Positions 11,266-23,362 of a stretch of DNA of 39,148 bases are shown one piece after another. Every line of letters starts with the position of its first letter. The stretch's first letter is position 1. The notes below the pieces were generated by a model. The model was given only the letters and a program-made list of their open reading frames with translations. It did not search any database and was not told the DNA's origin. The DNA comes from Octopus bimaculoides (lineage: Eukaryota), in NCBI RefSeq assembly GCF_001194135.2, contig NC_068995.1, positions 16,102,547 to 16,141,694 of the forward strand, in the 5' to 3' direction. The position numbers and the translations under genes were made by a program.

Positions 11266-12893
11266 TAAGAATTATACCTGAAAACCATGTTAACTGATAA
11301 AATATGATGTAACATCTTATGCAAGTGGTGCAATAATTTCCATATTTTATTTATTTTTGATTTTCCTTAGACTGTTCCTTACGTATTTCTCTTTATCCTA
11401 ATAATTTCCTTTAAAGTTTCATCCCCAATAAATATTAGTTTCATAATCTTATTTATAATTCTCAATAAATTTTGTTTTCCATACGAACAAAAGTCTTACA
11501 TAAATATTTTAGAGGATGTAGAAACACTTAACTGTCCCTTTCAGGATTTTTACTCAAGCCTGTATTCGCATAAGTGATTTGTAAATCAGACCAAGTGACA
11601 TTCGAAATTGATTCAACGCGATGTGTATAGTATGTATGCATGTATGTATGTATGTATGTATGTATGTATGTATGTATGTATATGTATGTTGGTATGTATG
11701 TATATATGTATGCATGTATGTATCTGTGTGTGTATATACGCAGATATATGTATATATATAATTGATACAACGGAGATCTTTCAAGTTCATAATTTTATTT
11801 AACATTTATTTGCAGCATCTTTGCGGGACCTACACGTGTTTCAACTCCAGTACTGCACACTGGTCGGTGCAGTTTCATTAGGATCCTTACACTTTACCGT
11901 TTCAAAGCAAAACTGAAGGAATATATATAAGTATATATNNNNNNNNNNNNNNNNNNNNNNNNNNNNNNNNNNNNNNNNNNNNNNNNNNNNNNNNNNNNNN
12001 NNNNNNNNNNNNNNNNNNNNNNNNNNNNNNNNNNNNNNNNNNNNNNNNNNNNNNNNNNNNNNNNNNNNNNNNNNNNNNNNNNNNNNNNNNNNNNNNNNNN
12101 NNNNNNNNNNNNNNNNNNNNNNNNNNNNNNNNNNNNNNNNNNNNNNNNNNNNNNNNNNNNNNNNNNNNNNNNNNNNNNNNNNNNNNNNNNNNNNNNNNNN
12201 NNNNNNNNNNNNNNNNNNNNNNNNNNNNNNNNNNNNNNNNNNNNNNNNNNNNNNNNNNNNNNNNNNNNNNNNNNNNNNNNNNNNNNNNNNNNNNNNNNNN
12301 NNNNNNNNNNNNNNNNNNNNNNNNNNNNNNNNNNNNNNNNNNNNNNNNNNNNNNNNNNNNNNNNNNNNNNNNNNNNNNNNNNNNNNNNNNNNNNNNNNNN
12401 NNNNNNNNNNNNNNNNNNNNNNNNNNNNNNNNNNNNNNNNNNNNNNNNNNNNNNNNNNNNNNNNNNNNNNNNNNNNNNNNNNNNNNNNNNNNNNNNNNNN
12501 NNNNNNNNNNNNNNNNNNNNNNNNNNNNNNNNNNNNNNNNNNNNNNNNNNNNNNNNNNNNNNNNNNNNNNNNNNNNNNNNTATAATTCATGGTTGTTATT
12601 TAGTATTCTATAGAAAAGTTACACAGTTTTTGGCACTTGTAACAATCACCGAGTGAGTTGTGGCACTACAGAATTCGGGTGCGCAATATCTGCAGAAAAA
12701 AATGTTGCTGGCAAATGGGTACTAAAGTGTTGCAACTACGAGAAGCATTTTAATGCATCATCTGCGAGGGAGGGGTGAGAGTAAATTGAGGTGATGAAAT
12801 GAAAGAAGGTGGGTACACGGAGTGAGTTTCTGGTTAATGGGAATTGCGGAATTATAGAAGTAGAAGCTGATCTAGCAGTGATATGAGTAACGG

Positions 12894-12896
<3 letters not shown>

Positions 12897-12975
<79 letters not shown>
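12897..12975. repeat. (GA)n microsatellite
   Basis: Direct reading. Confidence 0.97.
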
Positions 12976-12976
<1 letters not shown>

Positions 12977-13149
12977 AAGGGGGAGGGAGAGAGAAAGAAA
13001 ACAGGACTACAATAAAACAGCAATTATAATGTGTTGGTGAGTGAATCTTTAAATCAGGAGAAAAATCCTTCTCTAAATGCCTCCTTGAATATTTTTAAGT
13101 GTAGCAGATGCTACATTATTACATTTATCATTTGATTCTGCTTCCTAAT

Positions 13150-13234
13150 CACATGGTTCCGGCTCCACTCCCACCGTGTTGCACCTTGGGCAAGTGTTTT
13201 CTATTCTAGCCTCGGGCCGACTAAGGCCTTGTGA
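13150..13234 (+). mobile_element. Family-A SINE fragment
   Basis: cacatggttccgg...gcaccttgggcaagtgttttctattctagcctcgggccgactaaggccttgtga matches other family-A copies. Confidence 0.75.
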
Positions 13235-13370
13235 TATATATATGATTAATTCAATAATAGGATAAAATCTTTTACAAGAATTTATCAAGTAGCTAGCGTG
13301 AAAAACAAAACCCATAAGGGGGAAAAAATCATCATTTATTCCCTAGAGTATATTTATTTATATTTATATA

Positions 13371-13547
13371 AGGGCATTACTCTACAATAATGCCTCACAC
13401 AATGAGGGACTGCTAAGGTCAATCTACCATAATAAACATATTTTTGTTATAATAACTGCGAAATCGTTCGGTAAATATGTGTTTATTATGGTAGTTTGAC
13501 CATACCAGTCCCTCATAGCGTGAGGCATTATTGTATAGTAATGCCCT
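13371..13547. mobile_element. Palindromic MITE-like (foldback) element
   Basis: About 73-bp inverted arms (13371-13443, 13473-13547) beginning agggcattact, roughly 29-bp spacer, TA on both sides. Confidence 0.75.
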
Positions 13548-13570
13548 TATATATATATATATATATATAT

Positions 13571-13620
<50 letters not shown>

Positions 13621-14307
13621 NNNNNNNNNNNNNNNNNNNNNNNNNNNNNNNNNNNNNNNNNNNNNNNNNNNNNNNNNNNNNNNNNNNNNNNNNNNNNNNN
13701 NNNNNNNNNNNNNNNNNNNNNNNNNNNNNNNNNNNNNNNNNNNNNNNNNNNNNNNNNNNNNNNNNNNNNNNNNNNNNNNNNNNNNNNNNNNNNNNNNNNN
13801 NNNNNNNNNNNNNNNNNNNNNNNNNNNNNNNNNNNNNNNNNNNNNNNNNNNNNNNNNNNNNNNNNNNNNNNNNNNNNNNNNNNNNNNNNNNNNNNNNNNN
13901 NNNNNNNNNNNNNNNNNNNNNNNNNNNNNNNNNNNNNNNNNNNNNNNNNNNNNNNNNNNNNNNNNNNNNNNNNNNNNNNNNNNNNNNNNNNNNNNNNNNN
14001 NNNNNNNNNNNNNNNNNNNNNNNNNNNNNNNNNNNNNNNNNNNNNNNNNNNNNNNNNNNNNNNNNNNNNNNNNNNNAAAGGATAAAAGATATAGTCATGG
14101 AATACAGTGTTCCGATGGAGCCATCCCGAATTGATTTCATGACTTCACTTCTAACGACTTGAGTGAAAAAGGATTGTCTATTAGTAGGTTTAGAACAAAT
14201 ATGAACTTCGTTTGGAAAAAAATCGTTTTCAGTTGTCTTGCTGATGTTTGTATTCTTCGCCGATATAAAAACACACAAACACACTTATTATCTTTCCATC
14301 TCTCCTT

Positions 14308-14356
<49 letters not shown>

Positions 14357-15322
14357 CTGCACACCTCGCCTTGTAAGCGACGCATGATGACAATACACAT
14401 CAAATACTTGGATGACGTGATGGACTCTCTCTCAATCATCCGTAGTTTCGACATGATTTTGCCTCTTCAGTGTGGGAACCCCCTCCCACCGGATCTGTGA
14501 AGCCAGACAAGAGACGTTCTTATTTATAGCATATACGAAACAAATAATTTACTGATGTTTTGGTGTTAAGACCTGCTAAGCTGATATTAAATTATTATAA
14601 GCGGCAAAACAAGAGATACCTAAACATTCGTTGTTAATACGTGGCACAAGACTTAGACATAAACATGCTTCCTGTCTTCCTCTTACCATTCTCGGAGACC
14701 AAGAAAAGGGTCATGAGACAGTGTTTCTGCCTAACTGAAAGATAAAGATGAACGTCTATATCTTAGCTTACAGAAGTTTCAAAAACTATTTTCCTTTTTC
14801 TTTTGTTTTCTTTTCCGCATAACTGTCTGTTACTTCAGCCGCTATGTTGTTATTTGATGGCGTTCTTGAAAACAAAAAAACAAACAAACAAGCAGTTATT
14901 AGTTTTTTTTTCTCTTGGTTTCGTATTTATTAGGCGTTTGTGCTGTTTTCGGCTATACTTTGCTTAATAGATTTATATTCTTACGATGGCAATTTTAGAA
15001 GACATTTCAAGTTGTAGTCCTACATTTCTGTATTTGTAGGAAAAATATATTTCTCTTCTCGGTGTTTTGGTATCGCATTCTAAATGCAATCACTAGTCTT
15101 GGAGTTTCTCTGTCTCGATTCGATTAACCGTTAGAGCATCGGACAAAAAGATTTGAAAACATTAATTCACGGTCCTTTACATTCTCGGTTCGAATCCAGG
15201 TTTACTTTTTCTTCTTTCTAAGGTTGGTAAAATAAAGTACTGTTCCAGTTCTGGTACTAATTTAACGAATCATTCCATAGTTGGTGTCTAAATTGGAAAG
15301 AGTGTTGTCATTGTTGTTGTTG

Positions 15323-15382
<60 letters not shown>

Positions 15383-15400
15383 GCTGGCAGAATGGTTACA

Positions 15401-15620
15401 GGCGGCGAGCTGGCAGAAACTTTAGCGCGCTGGGCGAAATGCTTAGCGGTATTTCGTCTGCCGTTACGTTCTGAGCTCAAATTCCGCCGAGGTCGACTTT
15501 GCTTTCATCCTTTCGGGGTCGATAAATTAAATACCAGTTACGCACTGGGGTCGATCTAATCGACTTAATCCCTTTGTTTGTCCCCTCTATGTTTAGCCCC
15601 TTGTGAGCAATAAAGAAATA
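15401..15620 (+). mobile_element. Family-B SINE, full length, with TSD
   Basis: Head ggcggcgagctggcagaaac, gagctcaaattcc, core gtcgactttgctttcatcctttcggggtcgataaa; perfect 13-bp duplication agaatggttacag (15389-15401, 15621-15633). Confidence 0.9.
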
Positions 15621-16224
15621 AGAATGGTTACAGCACCGGATATCACAGCATTGGATATCAAAGTGAGAATCCACGCCACCACAATCATCCGCTTCCAAAG
15701 AATATTGTATTTGGACTAAACAATGGTTTTAATTTTGATTCCTGTTTGTTCTAGATTACTTACAGACAGCTCTGTGCTTAGACTAAATTTTTCCAAACAT
15801 TTCCAGATGATCGAAGCGTCCATCTCGACATTTTTAGAATGTGCTTTTATCTGGTGCCCAACCTTTGAATTTTTGCGCTTCGTAATATGATGACATCATT
15901 GGTTTTAGTCGGAAAATAACTTATATTCTTGATGAAAACTCGTGCGGTTAAAAGAATTAAAAAAAAACTAAATAAACAAGTAAAATTTAAATGAAAAATA
16001 GATTTTCGCATCCTGGCAAAAACAAAACAAATCAAGACAAAACGGATGTTGAGACAGGTGACTAAACACTGAAGGATACCAACACAAGTGAGACAACTTG
16101 TGCATTAAAAATAAAAAAAATAAATAAAAAGTAAAAGAAATTGTGTTGGTAATGTTAATTTGATCATTATGGACAGTCAGAAGGCGCAGGCAGATTGTAA
16201 CATCACTGACGCAGCTGCAAGTAT

Positions 16225-16302
<78 letters not shown>

Positions 16303-16698
16303 CAATAATAGAGATGATCACTCCCGTCGATTTGGACGTATGTCTGAAGGAATGGATTTAAAAAATAAAAGGTTTAAAAATAAAGGAAGCTGCATCCATT
16401 TGCCATGGATGCGTGAATGCAATTTGCGTGCAAGTATAGATTTTGCTATGAAGTCACAATGGGGATACTGATGGTTATGATTTTACCTGGGATTGGTCAA
16501 ATGATGTGTCTGTTCGTTGCCGGATATGATTCTTTTATTGTTCTGTTTCTTCCTCTCAAATTGTTTTGATGCACCATGGAACGTTTTACGCCATCTACAT
16601 CGATCTAGGCAGTAACTTCCCCATAGTATCAAATCAAGCTGTAGAGATTTTAGTGATTACTTATATCTAAAGATATAACCAGTAAAGACTAACCAAGA

Positions 16699-16729
<31 letters not shown>

Positions 16730-16961
16730 GTTTCTTTTATTGGCCACAATGATAATTATGTCATCAACAATAACAAGGCTAACAATATAAACAAACTATT
16801 TTTGTTTACTAGAGTTGTGTGCCAAATGTATATACTGTATATAAACCAGCTTCCAGAAAGGCAGAGGCTGTGACAAACGTATGTCACAAAGAAGAATGCC
16901 TCATTACTCGATAGGGCGAACGTTTCGACAATGGTGAACAGCCTCACGCTTAGGTATTATT

Positions 16962-17176
16962 GGTTTCATGTTTTGGCACAAGGCCAGCAATTTTAGGAGA
17001 GGGATTAAGTCGATTACATCGACTCCAGTACTCAACTGGTACTCATTTTATAAACCTCCCAAAAGGATAAAAGGCAAACTCGACCTCAGCAGAATTTGAA
17101 CGCAGAGCCTGAAGACAGAGGAAATCCCGCTAAGAATTTTGACCAGCGTGCTAACAATTCTGCCAGCTCATAGCGA
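16962..17176 (-). mobile_element. Family-B SINE with TSD
   Basis: Reverse-complement match to family B; flanked by ttaggta(t/a)tatt (16950-16961, 17177-17188). Confidence 0.85.
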
Positions 17177-18044
17177 TTAGGTAATATTTCCTGCTGAGAG
17201 CCTTAGACAATGAGCGAGTTTGTGCGTCGTCATTGAGTCATATAATTTTGCGAATCGTCTCCTTGATGGAACTGCAGTCCTGAGTCAAGCCGAAACCGAG
17301 ACAAGGCACCTGACATAAAGACTATTATCAGGCACTCACCATCCTCAAGCAATCGGGCGGCGGAATTGGTGAAATTTCCTCTCAATGGATTAGGATTCTA
17401 GCACCACTGCAAGTAAGAAAAATAACATTTGAAGTAAAGCAACAGTGAAAGTAAAGTATATACTATATTAAAAGTACTTTTAAATTATAATTATTAATTC
17501 TTAAACATTACTTCAATCTATTAAATACACCAAGATCTTTATTATTTTACATATTTAGATTTATCCTTTAAACGGCGGACCACGTCAAGTGATACCCTCA
17601 TACAATAAGGATATCATTTATACATAATAAATATCAAAGATGTTAATTAGCAACTTAGTATGTTTTGAGGTTTTCGAGACGAAAAGATGGTTTATATATT
17701 ATATATTGCCAGGTGACGAATTGGAATATATCCTATCAATATTTCATTGCTCTTTAGAGTTTCATTGTTGGAATATTTCCAGAGAACAAAATGGTAAGTA
17801 AAATGATTTGAGCATTCCGTTCTATATTTCTTAGTAATTGAATATGAATTAAAAATATTCTCAAAAATTGTCCTTTTACTTGCAACTAAAGTTTGTTGCC
17901 ACAATTAAATCTGAATTTTTTAAAAGCATTTTAAGTTCAATTCTTATTACAATTGCCTTCCATTCTACGTCCTTAAGCGTTCCCCGGTATATACTGCTTT
18001 AGTACATCCAGATTATGCTCTAGGTGACATATCATTTTGATATA

Positions 18045-18919
18045 CAGGGGTTGGACAAAATAATGGAAACACTTAGCATCATATAATCATAATTTTGAAA
18101 TATCTATAAAACCTTCAAAAGATTGGTTATTTTTATGGGTTTTTTTTCGATTTAGTATTAGTGTTACTTAATATGTTTTGCTAAAATTGTTTTTTTTTTT
18201 CAGATATCATCAGAAAAAGGTAATTAAAACTCATTAAAATGATAGATCTATCGAACTTCCAATGAGGTCAAATTGTTGGTGCTCGCATGGCAGGCGCTAA
18301 CGTAACGAAACAGCCGAAATGTTTGGTCAATCAAGAAGTAATGTCTCGAAAGTAATGGCAGCCTTTGAGAAAGAAGGAAAAATCTACTCGTCGAAACAAA
18401 ATTCCAGAAGAAAACCCAAACTTTCAGACTGGGACCGCTGGACTCTTACGTGAATTCTTAGAAAGTATCACAAAAGTACAGCTTCCAAAATTACTGCAGA
18501 GCTTAATGACCACCTCGAGAACCCAGGTTCCACAAAAGTGTTCACCGAGAGCTGCACAAAGCCTGATTTCACGGGAGGGATGCAATCAGAAAACCACTAC
18601 TTTAAAAACAGATGCTGCAAAGCGTTTAGAGTGAAGTAAAAACTTACAGAATTCGTCCCAAGAGCAGTGGAAGAATGTTATTTTCTCGGACGAGTCATTC
18701 TCTATCTTATTTCCGACTACCGGGCCATTTGACCCAGGCTGCCTTCTTCCAACTGTTAAACATGGAGGAGGATCTGTGATAATCTGGCGGGTGGGGAGCT
18801 ATATCTTGGAAATCCACCGGCCTAATGGTTTCCCTTCATGGCAGAATTAATAGTCATGACTAAGCATTTTATCTGATCAAATTCATCCAAGGTGTTTCCA
18901 ATATTTTGTCCAACCTCTC
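18045..18919 (+). mobile_element. Tc1/mariner DNA transposon, internally deleted, decayed transposase
   Basis: 28-bp TIRs (caggggttggacaaaataatggaaacac; 25/28 match), TA at both ends. Remnant frames GQIVGARMAG, KITAELNDHLENP, WKNVIFSDES (first catalytic D), PTVKHGGGSVIIW; rest of the DDE domain missing. Confidence 0.92.
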
Positions 18920-19550
18920 TAGTTGTATATATAATGTTAGTGGCATTTGTCGAGTGGATGTCGAAATTCTCAACCACTTAAATATACATATTTGACTAGC
19001 TTTGTAGCTGAAGATAATAATTAGGGATGAAACAACTCTCGATATTTCATAGATTGTAAAAGAAATTTAATCTTTCGTTGCAAAGTCGAATATATAAACT
19101 TTCCTGTTTTACTTTCTTTAAGGTTTATATACCTATAACTAAAAGTAGAATCAACAGATGCAAAACAATGCTGCACAAAACGATGATTGCAACCGAAATT
19201 CTGTTCTTGAATAAATTTGCATGATTTTAATACAACTATATAAGCTGTAACAAAGCAGTAGACGTTTTTCGGTAGATTTTTGTCTTCATTAAGATACAAA
19301 CGAAATTAGTTTATGTTTTTTTTTGTATCCTGTTAGATCTCTAATTTTACGAATTTAGAATTCGTAATGCAGTTGTAGATGCAAGTTTGAAATAATAAAT
19401 GAAGGAAGAATAAAATAGAAAAGGTATGAAAATGGTCTGTATAGTAGCCAACTCTTACCATTCGGTAACGTTAAAAAATCTGAACACGTCGACTGAGTTA
19501 CAGAGAGCATAGCTTTTTGAAATATAGAACGAATGTATAATTTATGATTG

Positions 19551-19612
19551 TATGAATAACAGATTATGAATAACAGAGTATGAATATAACAGAGTATGAA
19601 TAACAGATTATG
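19551..19612. repeat. 14-bp minisatellite (tatgaataacaga[t/g]), about 4 copies
   Basis: Direct reading; one unit has a 2-bp insertion. Confidence 0.85.
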
Positions 19613-19754
19613 TGTTGGCGCTTATATTTCTCTCTATGATGTATGTCTTTACTGTATGAGTCTGAGTGTCCATTGTATCTTAATGTTAAGAATAGAGAGT
19701 GAAAGAGAGAGAGAGAGGGAGAGTGTATGTGTGCGTATGTAAAAAGAGATAGTG

Positions 19755-19799
<45 letters not shown>

Positions 19800-20786
19800 T
19801 AGAGATTGCGTATGTGTGAGTGTGTGTGTGAGAGAGAGAGAGAGTAAGTGAGATAGTGTATATGTGTATGTGTGACAGAGAGAAAGAGAGAAAGAGAAAG
19901 AGAAAGTGCGAGAGCGAGAAAGATAGAGAGAGAAAGAGACAGAGAGAAAGAGATAGGGAAAGAGAGAGAGAGAGAATAAGACAGAGAGAGGTATAGACTG
20001 CGTGAGTAACTGGGGAGGCAAATCGTAACGTCAAAGTGGACGAGCGTAACTAGCCAAAGTTAGCCTAATGGTTGAATATGCTTCACTACGCCTATCTCTG
20101 TACTATAGTCAGGAATACTTGCTAGTTGTTTGCCATTTTATATGGCAAAAGTTAATCCACAAGTCCATAGAGAAACTAAGCCATTTGCCATGAAATTTGT
20201 GCATGTAATGCACTGAGATACAATATGGGAGGATGTATGTATTTGAACTCACATACGTTGAATGGGAATTTTGACCTACTATCCTGTATCCCAATACATA
20301 TAATTCAGATTTTATTAATTTTTGCTTGTTTGGATTATTTGGACACACCATTTTTCAAAATGGGCTCTCTGAGTAGGTAAATTAAGGAAAAAATAGAATA
20401 AGCAGAACAAGAGAATACACATGGAACAGAGAACCACTGCAAAGGTGACAGAATGTATGACGAAAGAACTTTGACAAACTTATGAACTAAGAATAATAGC
20501 ACGTGTATTTCATTAGCTAAAATTGACCACCTCCAAATGTAACAATATACCTTTTCCCATCAAGAATCTTGCAAAGCAAATACATAAATGTAAATTGATT
20601 TATATTTTTTTCTTTCTCTTTCGCAGATTCCACTTTCGTCATATCAAAATACGAGGTGGTGTATGGAATAATTAAGATGATTCATTTTCATTTGTAGAAC
20701 GGAAAATATCGGTATGCAAAACACGAGCATATTCATTTAGGGAAGAGGAATGATGCAGGTAGAACTATGTTGTTGCTGTTGTTCTT

Positions 20787-20887
<101 letters not shown>

Positions 20888-21085
20888 GGCAGCGAACTGA
20901 CAGAACCGTTAGCACGCCGGGAAAAATTCTTAGTGGCATTTCGTCTGATTTTTCTTTCTGATTTCAAATTTCGTCGAGGTCGACTCTGCTTTTCATCCTC
21001 ACGGGGTCGATCAAATAAGTACCTGGTGTAATCGGTTAACTCCACCCCATAAAATTTCAAACCTTGAGGCTATATCATAAATAAT
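20888..21085 (+). mobile_element. Family-B SINE
   Basis: ggcagcgaactgacagaaccgttagcacgccggg...gaggtcgactctgcttttcatcctcacggggtcgatcaaataagtacc; directly follows a (CAT)n(TAT)n tract. Confidence 0.8.
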
Positions 21086-21360
21086 TATTATTTAATGAAA
21101 ACTTTCAACTTATCTTGCTGGATATGAGAGAAAGTGTCAGCTGTCCACATCGAGCAGACTGAGGTGACACTTGTTTACTGATCATGCTTCAAGAACCCTG
21201 CGGAGAACTCTTGTATTTCTCAATAATGATGATTTTTGTAGGAGTTCTATCTTTACATTTGTACCCATCTTTTTGAGTCATGATGGTAGTTGAGTGTTGA
21301 CACTTCCAAGCATGTCATTTACTAACGACATCATGTCCGCTTTCCTTGCTCACAATCTGT
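21085..21360 (-). mobile_element. R4/Dong-type non-LTR element, short 3'-end remnant
   Basis: Minus strand encodes KMGTNVKIELLQKSSLLRNTRVLRRVLEA*, resembling the C-terminus of the adjacent element; followed by a 3' UTR and a short TAA-rich tail; (TAA)n lies on its 5' side. Confidence 0.6.
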
Positions 21361-21364
21361 ATTA

Positions 21365-21407
<43 letters not shown>

Positions 21408-21449
21408 CATTATTATTATTATTATTATTATTTTTATTGTTGTTGTTGT

Positions 21450-22510
21450 TGTTGTTTCTCTTTTTCAAATTTTCTTCCATTTCTCGTTGAGTGTTTTCCG
21501 TACACCTAGGGCAGAGAAGCTCATTGTTTGCATTCCCAGTTTACACAAGCAAATTCACAGGTAAAATATGTATTTAAAAAAAAAATAATAAATAAATAAA
21601 TTCATGAATGAATGTTGTTTTCACAGCGATAATGCTCTTCTGAGTACATGAGTCGTTCCAGTTAACACGATTTTTTGCACTTCCTGTAGAGATAGTAAGC
21701 CTAGTATCATTTTCAAAGGTTTCAGTACCTTTTTTTATCATTCCTAGAGATCCTACAATCACCGGTACGGTAGTCGCCTTGAGATGCCACATTTTTTCAA
21801 TTTCTATTAGCAAGTCTTTATATTTACTGATCTTGTCAAATTCTTTAGCCGCTATATTGTGATCGCAAGGAATACTCATGTCAATTAATAAACACATCTT
21901 CTTTGTCTGATCCTTTATAATAATATCCGGTTTATCAGCTTTTATAGTTTTGTCGGTATGTACGGGGAAGTCCCAGAGAATCGACACATTTTCTCCCACA
22001 GTCACAGCTTCAGGATGGTGTTTATACCATTGGTCAGTGTTTTTGATTTTATAATGTCCAGTGTAAATACTGGCCGACTCTGTAATGTCTTGCTTTATAT
22101 TCTACAGGTGCTAAGACTCTACACTGTGAGATTATGTGGTCTATAGTTTCAATCTCATCGTTACAGAATCAGCTCCATTTTTTTATCACATTGGCTTGGT
22201 AGTTCCGGGTTAATAAGCTTTGGTCTTGAGCAGCCAATATGAAACCTTCAGTCTCTGCTTTTAGCCCTGAGCTTCGTAACCATTGATGCGTGTGTTTCTG
22301 GTCGACATCAGCTTGTTTGCTACGAGCCACATACTTGCCATGCAGAGGTTTCTCTTCCCATCTGCTAGCTAATTTTTCATGTGCTTTTGTCTTCGCAATT
22401 AATTTTATTTTCTTTGCAGCAGCAGTTGGTGCTTTTCCTTTTCCTGATCAATCTGGTAAGAGATCAGTAGCGAATTTCATGTTTTCCAACAAGTTTCAGC
22501 TCTACTTTTT
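21450..22510 (-). mobile_element. R4/Dong-type non-LTR retrotransposon, 5'-truncated (zinc-knuckle remnant, restriction-like endonuclease, 3' UTR)
   Basis: Frames give WEEKPLHGKY, WLRSSGLKAETEGFILAAQDQSLLTRNY, ETIDHIISQC, ILWDFPVHTDKTIKADKPDIIIKD...LIDMSIP...KEFDKISKYKDL...PVIVGSLG, VQKIVLTGTTHVLRRALSL*; ends in (AAC)n(TAA)n. Confidence 0.9.
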
Positions 22511-22570
22511 ATGAGTTCGGCTAGTCCATTCTCCCATCCACCAGGGGTGTCAATGACTCTCGCCACAACA

Positions 22571-22691
22571 TTCTTCTTCTTCTTCTTCTTCTTCTTCTTC
22601 TTCTTCTTCTTCTTCTTCTTCTTCTTCTTCTTCTTCTTCTTCTTCTTCTTCTTCTTCTTCTTCTTCTTCTCATTATTATTATTATTATTAT

Positions 22692-22788
<97 letters not shown>

Positions 22789-22790
22789 GC
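22571..22790. repeat. Compound microsatellite (TCT)n(TAT)n(TGC)n(TAC)n
   Basis: Direct reading. Confidence 0.97.
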
Positions 22791-23115
22791 TTGATATCAC
22801 AAAGTCATATTTATGGAATATATCAATGAAACAATGTTGTTTTCAGAGGATTTTATTTATTCAGCATGTTTTGTGAAGTAATATGATGGCATTTTGGTAG
22901 GGAACACGTCATTAGAAAACAATATCTAAAAGATAAGAAGATATTAAATGTAAAGTTACGTTTTTCGTAAGTTGACTCCGATGAGAGAAATAGATTTTTG
23001 AGCTGATAAGGTTGCGATTTGATAACATGCCGTTTAGGAATGTGTAAACAGACATAGGCATACGCGCACAACCCTGCATATTACGACGTGTAAGTGTGAA
23101 TGTGTGTGTGAGTGT

Positions 23116-23159
<44 letters not shown>

Positions 23160-23185
23160 GCTGATGCGTGTACGTATATACATAA

Positions 23186-23362
23186 TATATAATCTTTCTA
23201 CTCTAGGTACAAGGCCCGCAATTTTGGGGGCGGGAGGGGGCCAGTCAATTAGATCGACCCCAGTACGCAACTGGTACTTAATATAGCGACCCCGAAAGGA
23301 GGAAAGATAAAGTAGACCACAGCGGAAATTGAACTCAAGCGTAAAGACAGACGAAATACCGA
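23186..23362 (-). mobile_element. Family-B SINE
   Basis: Plus strand shows gatcgaccccagtacgcaactggtactt, cgaccccgaaagga, gaaattgaactc, cagacgaaataccg. Confidence 0.78.

Noticed and set aside
12614-12774. Cys-rich open frame on the plus strand (FGTCNNHRVSC...KCCNYEK)
   Set aside because: Short, several alternative splice sites, no recognisable cysteine spacing.
14430-14475. Minus-strand CTGAAGA-ggc...gtc-GAAA hammerhead-like core
   Set aside because: No compatible NUH site with stem I pairing.
14365-14730. Spliced frame with two in-frame TGA codons, suggesting a selenoprotein
   Set aside because: Depends on assumed splicing, matches no selenoprotein motif I know, and no SECIS was identified.
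17255-17305. gtctc...ttgatgg...cgaaacc-gagac and nearby aacgtttcgac (16920), reminiscent of Penelope termini
   Set aside because: Core is altered, UH and stem III are missing and stem II is poor; too degenerate to call.
21510-21560. 51-nt plus-strand exon candidate open in all three frames
   Set aside because: Lies antisense within the probable 3' UTR of the R4/Dong element; chance splice signals are more likely.
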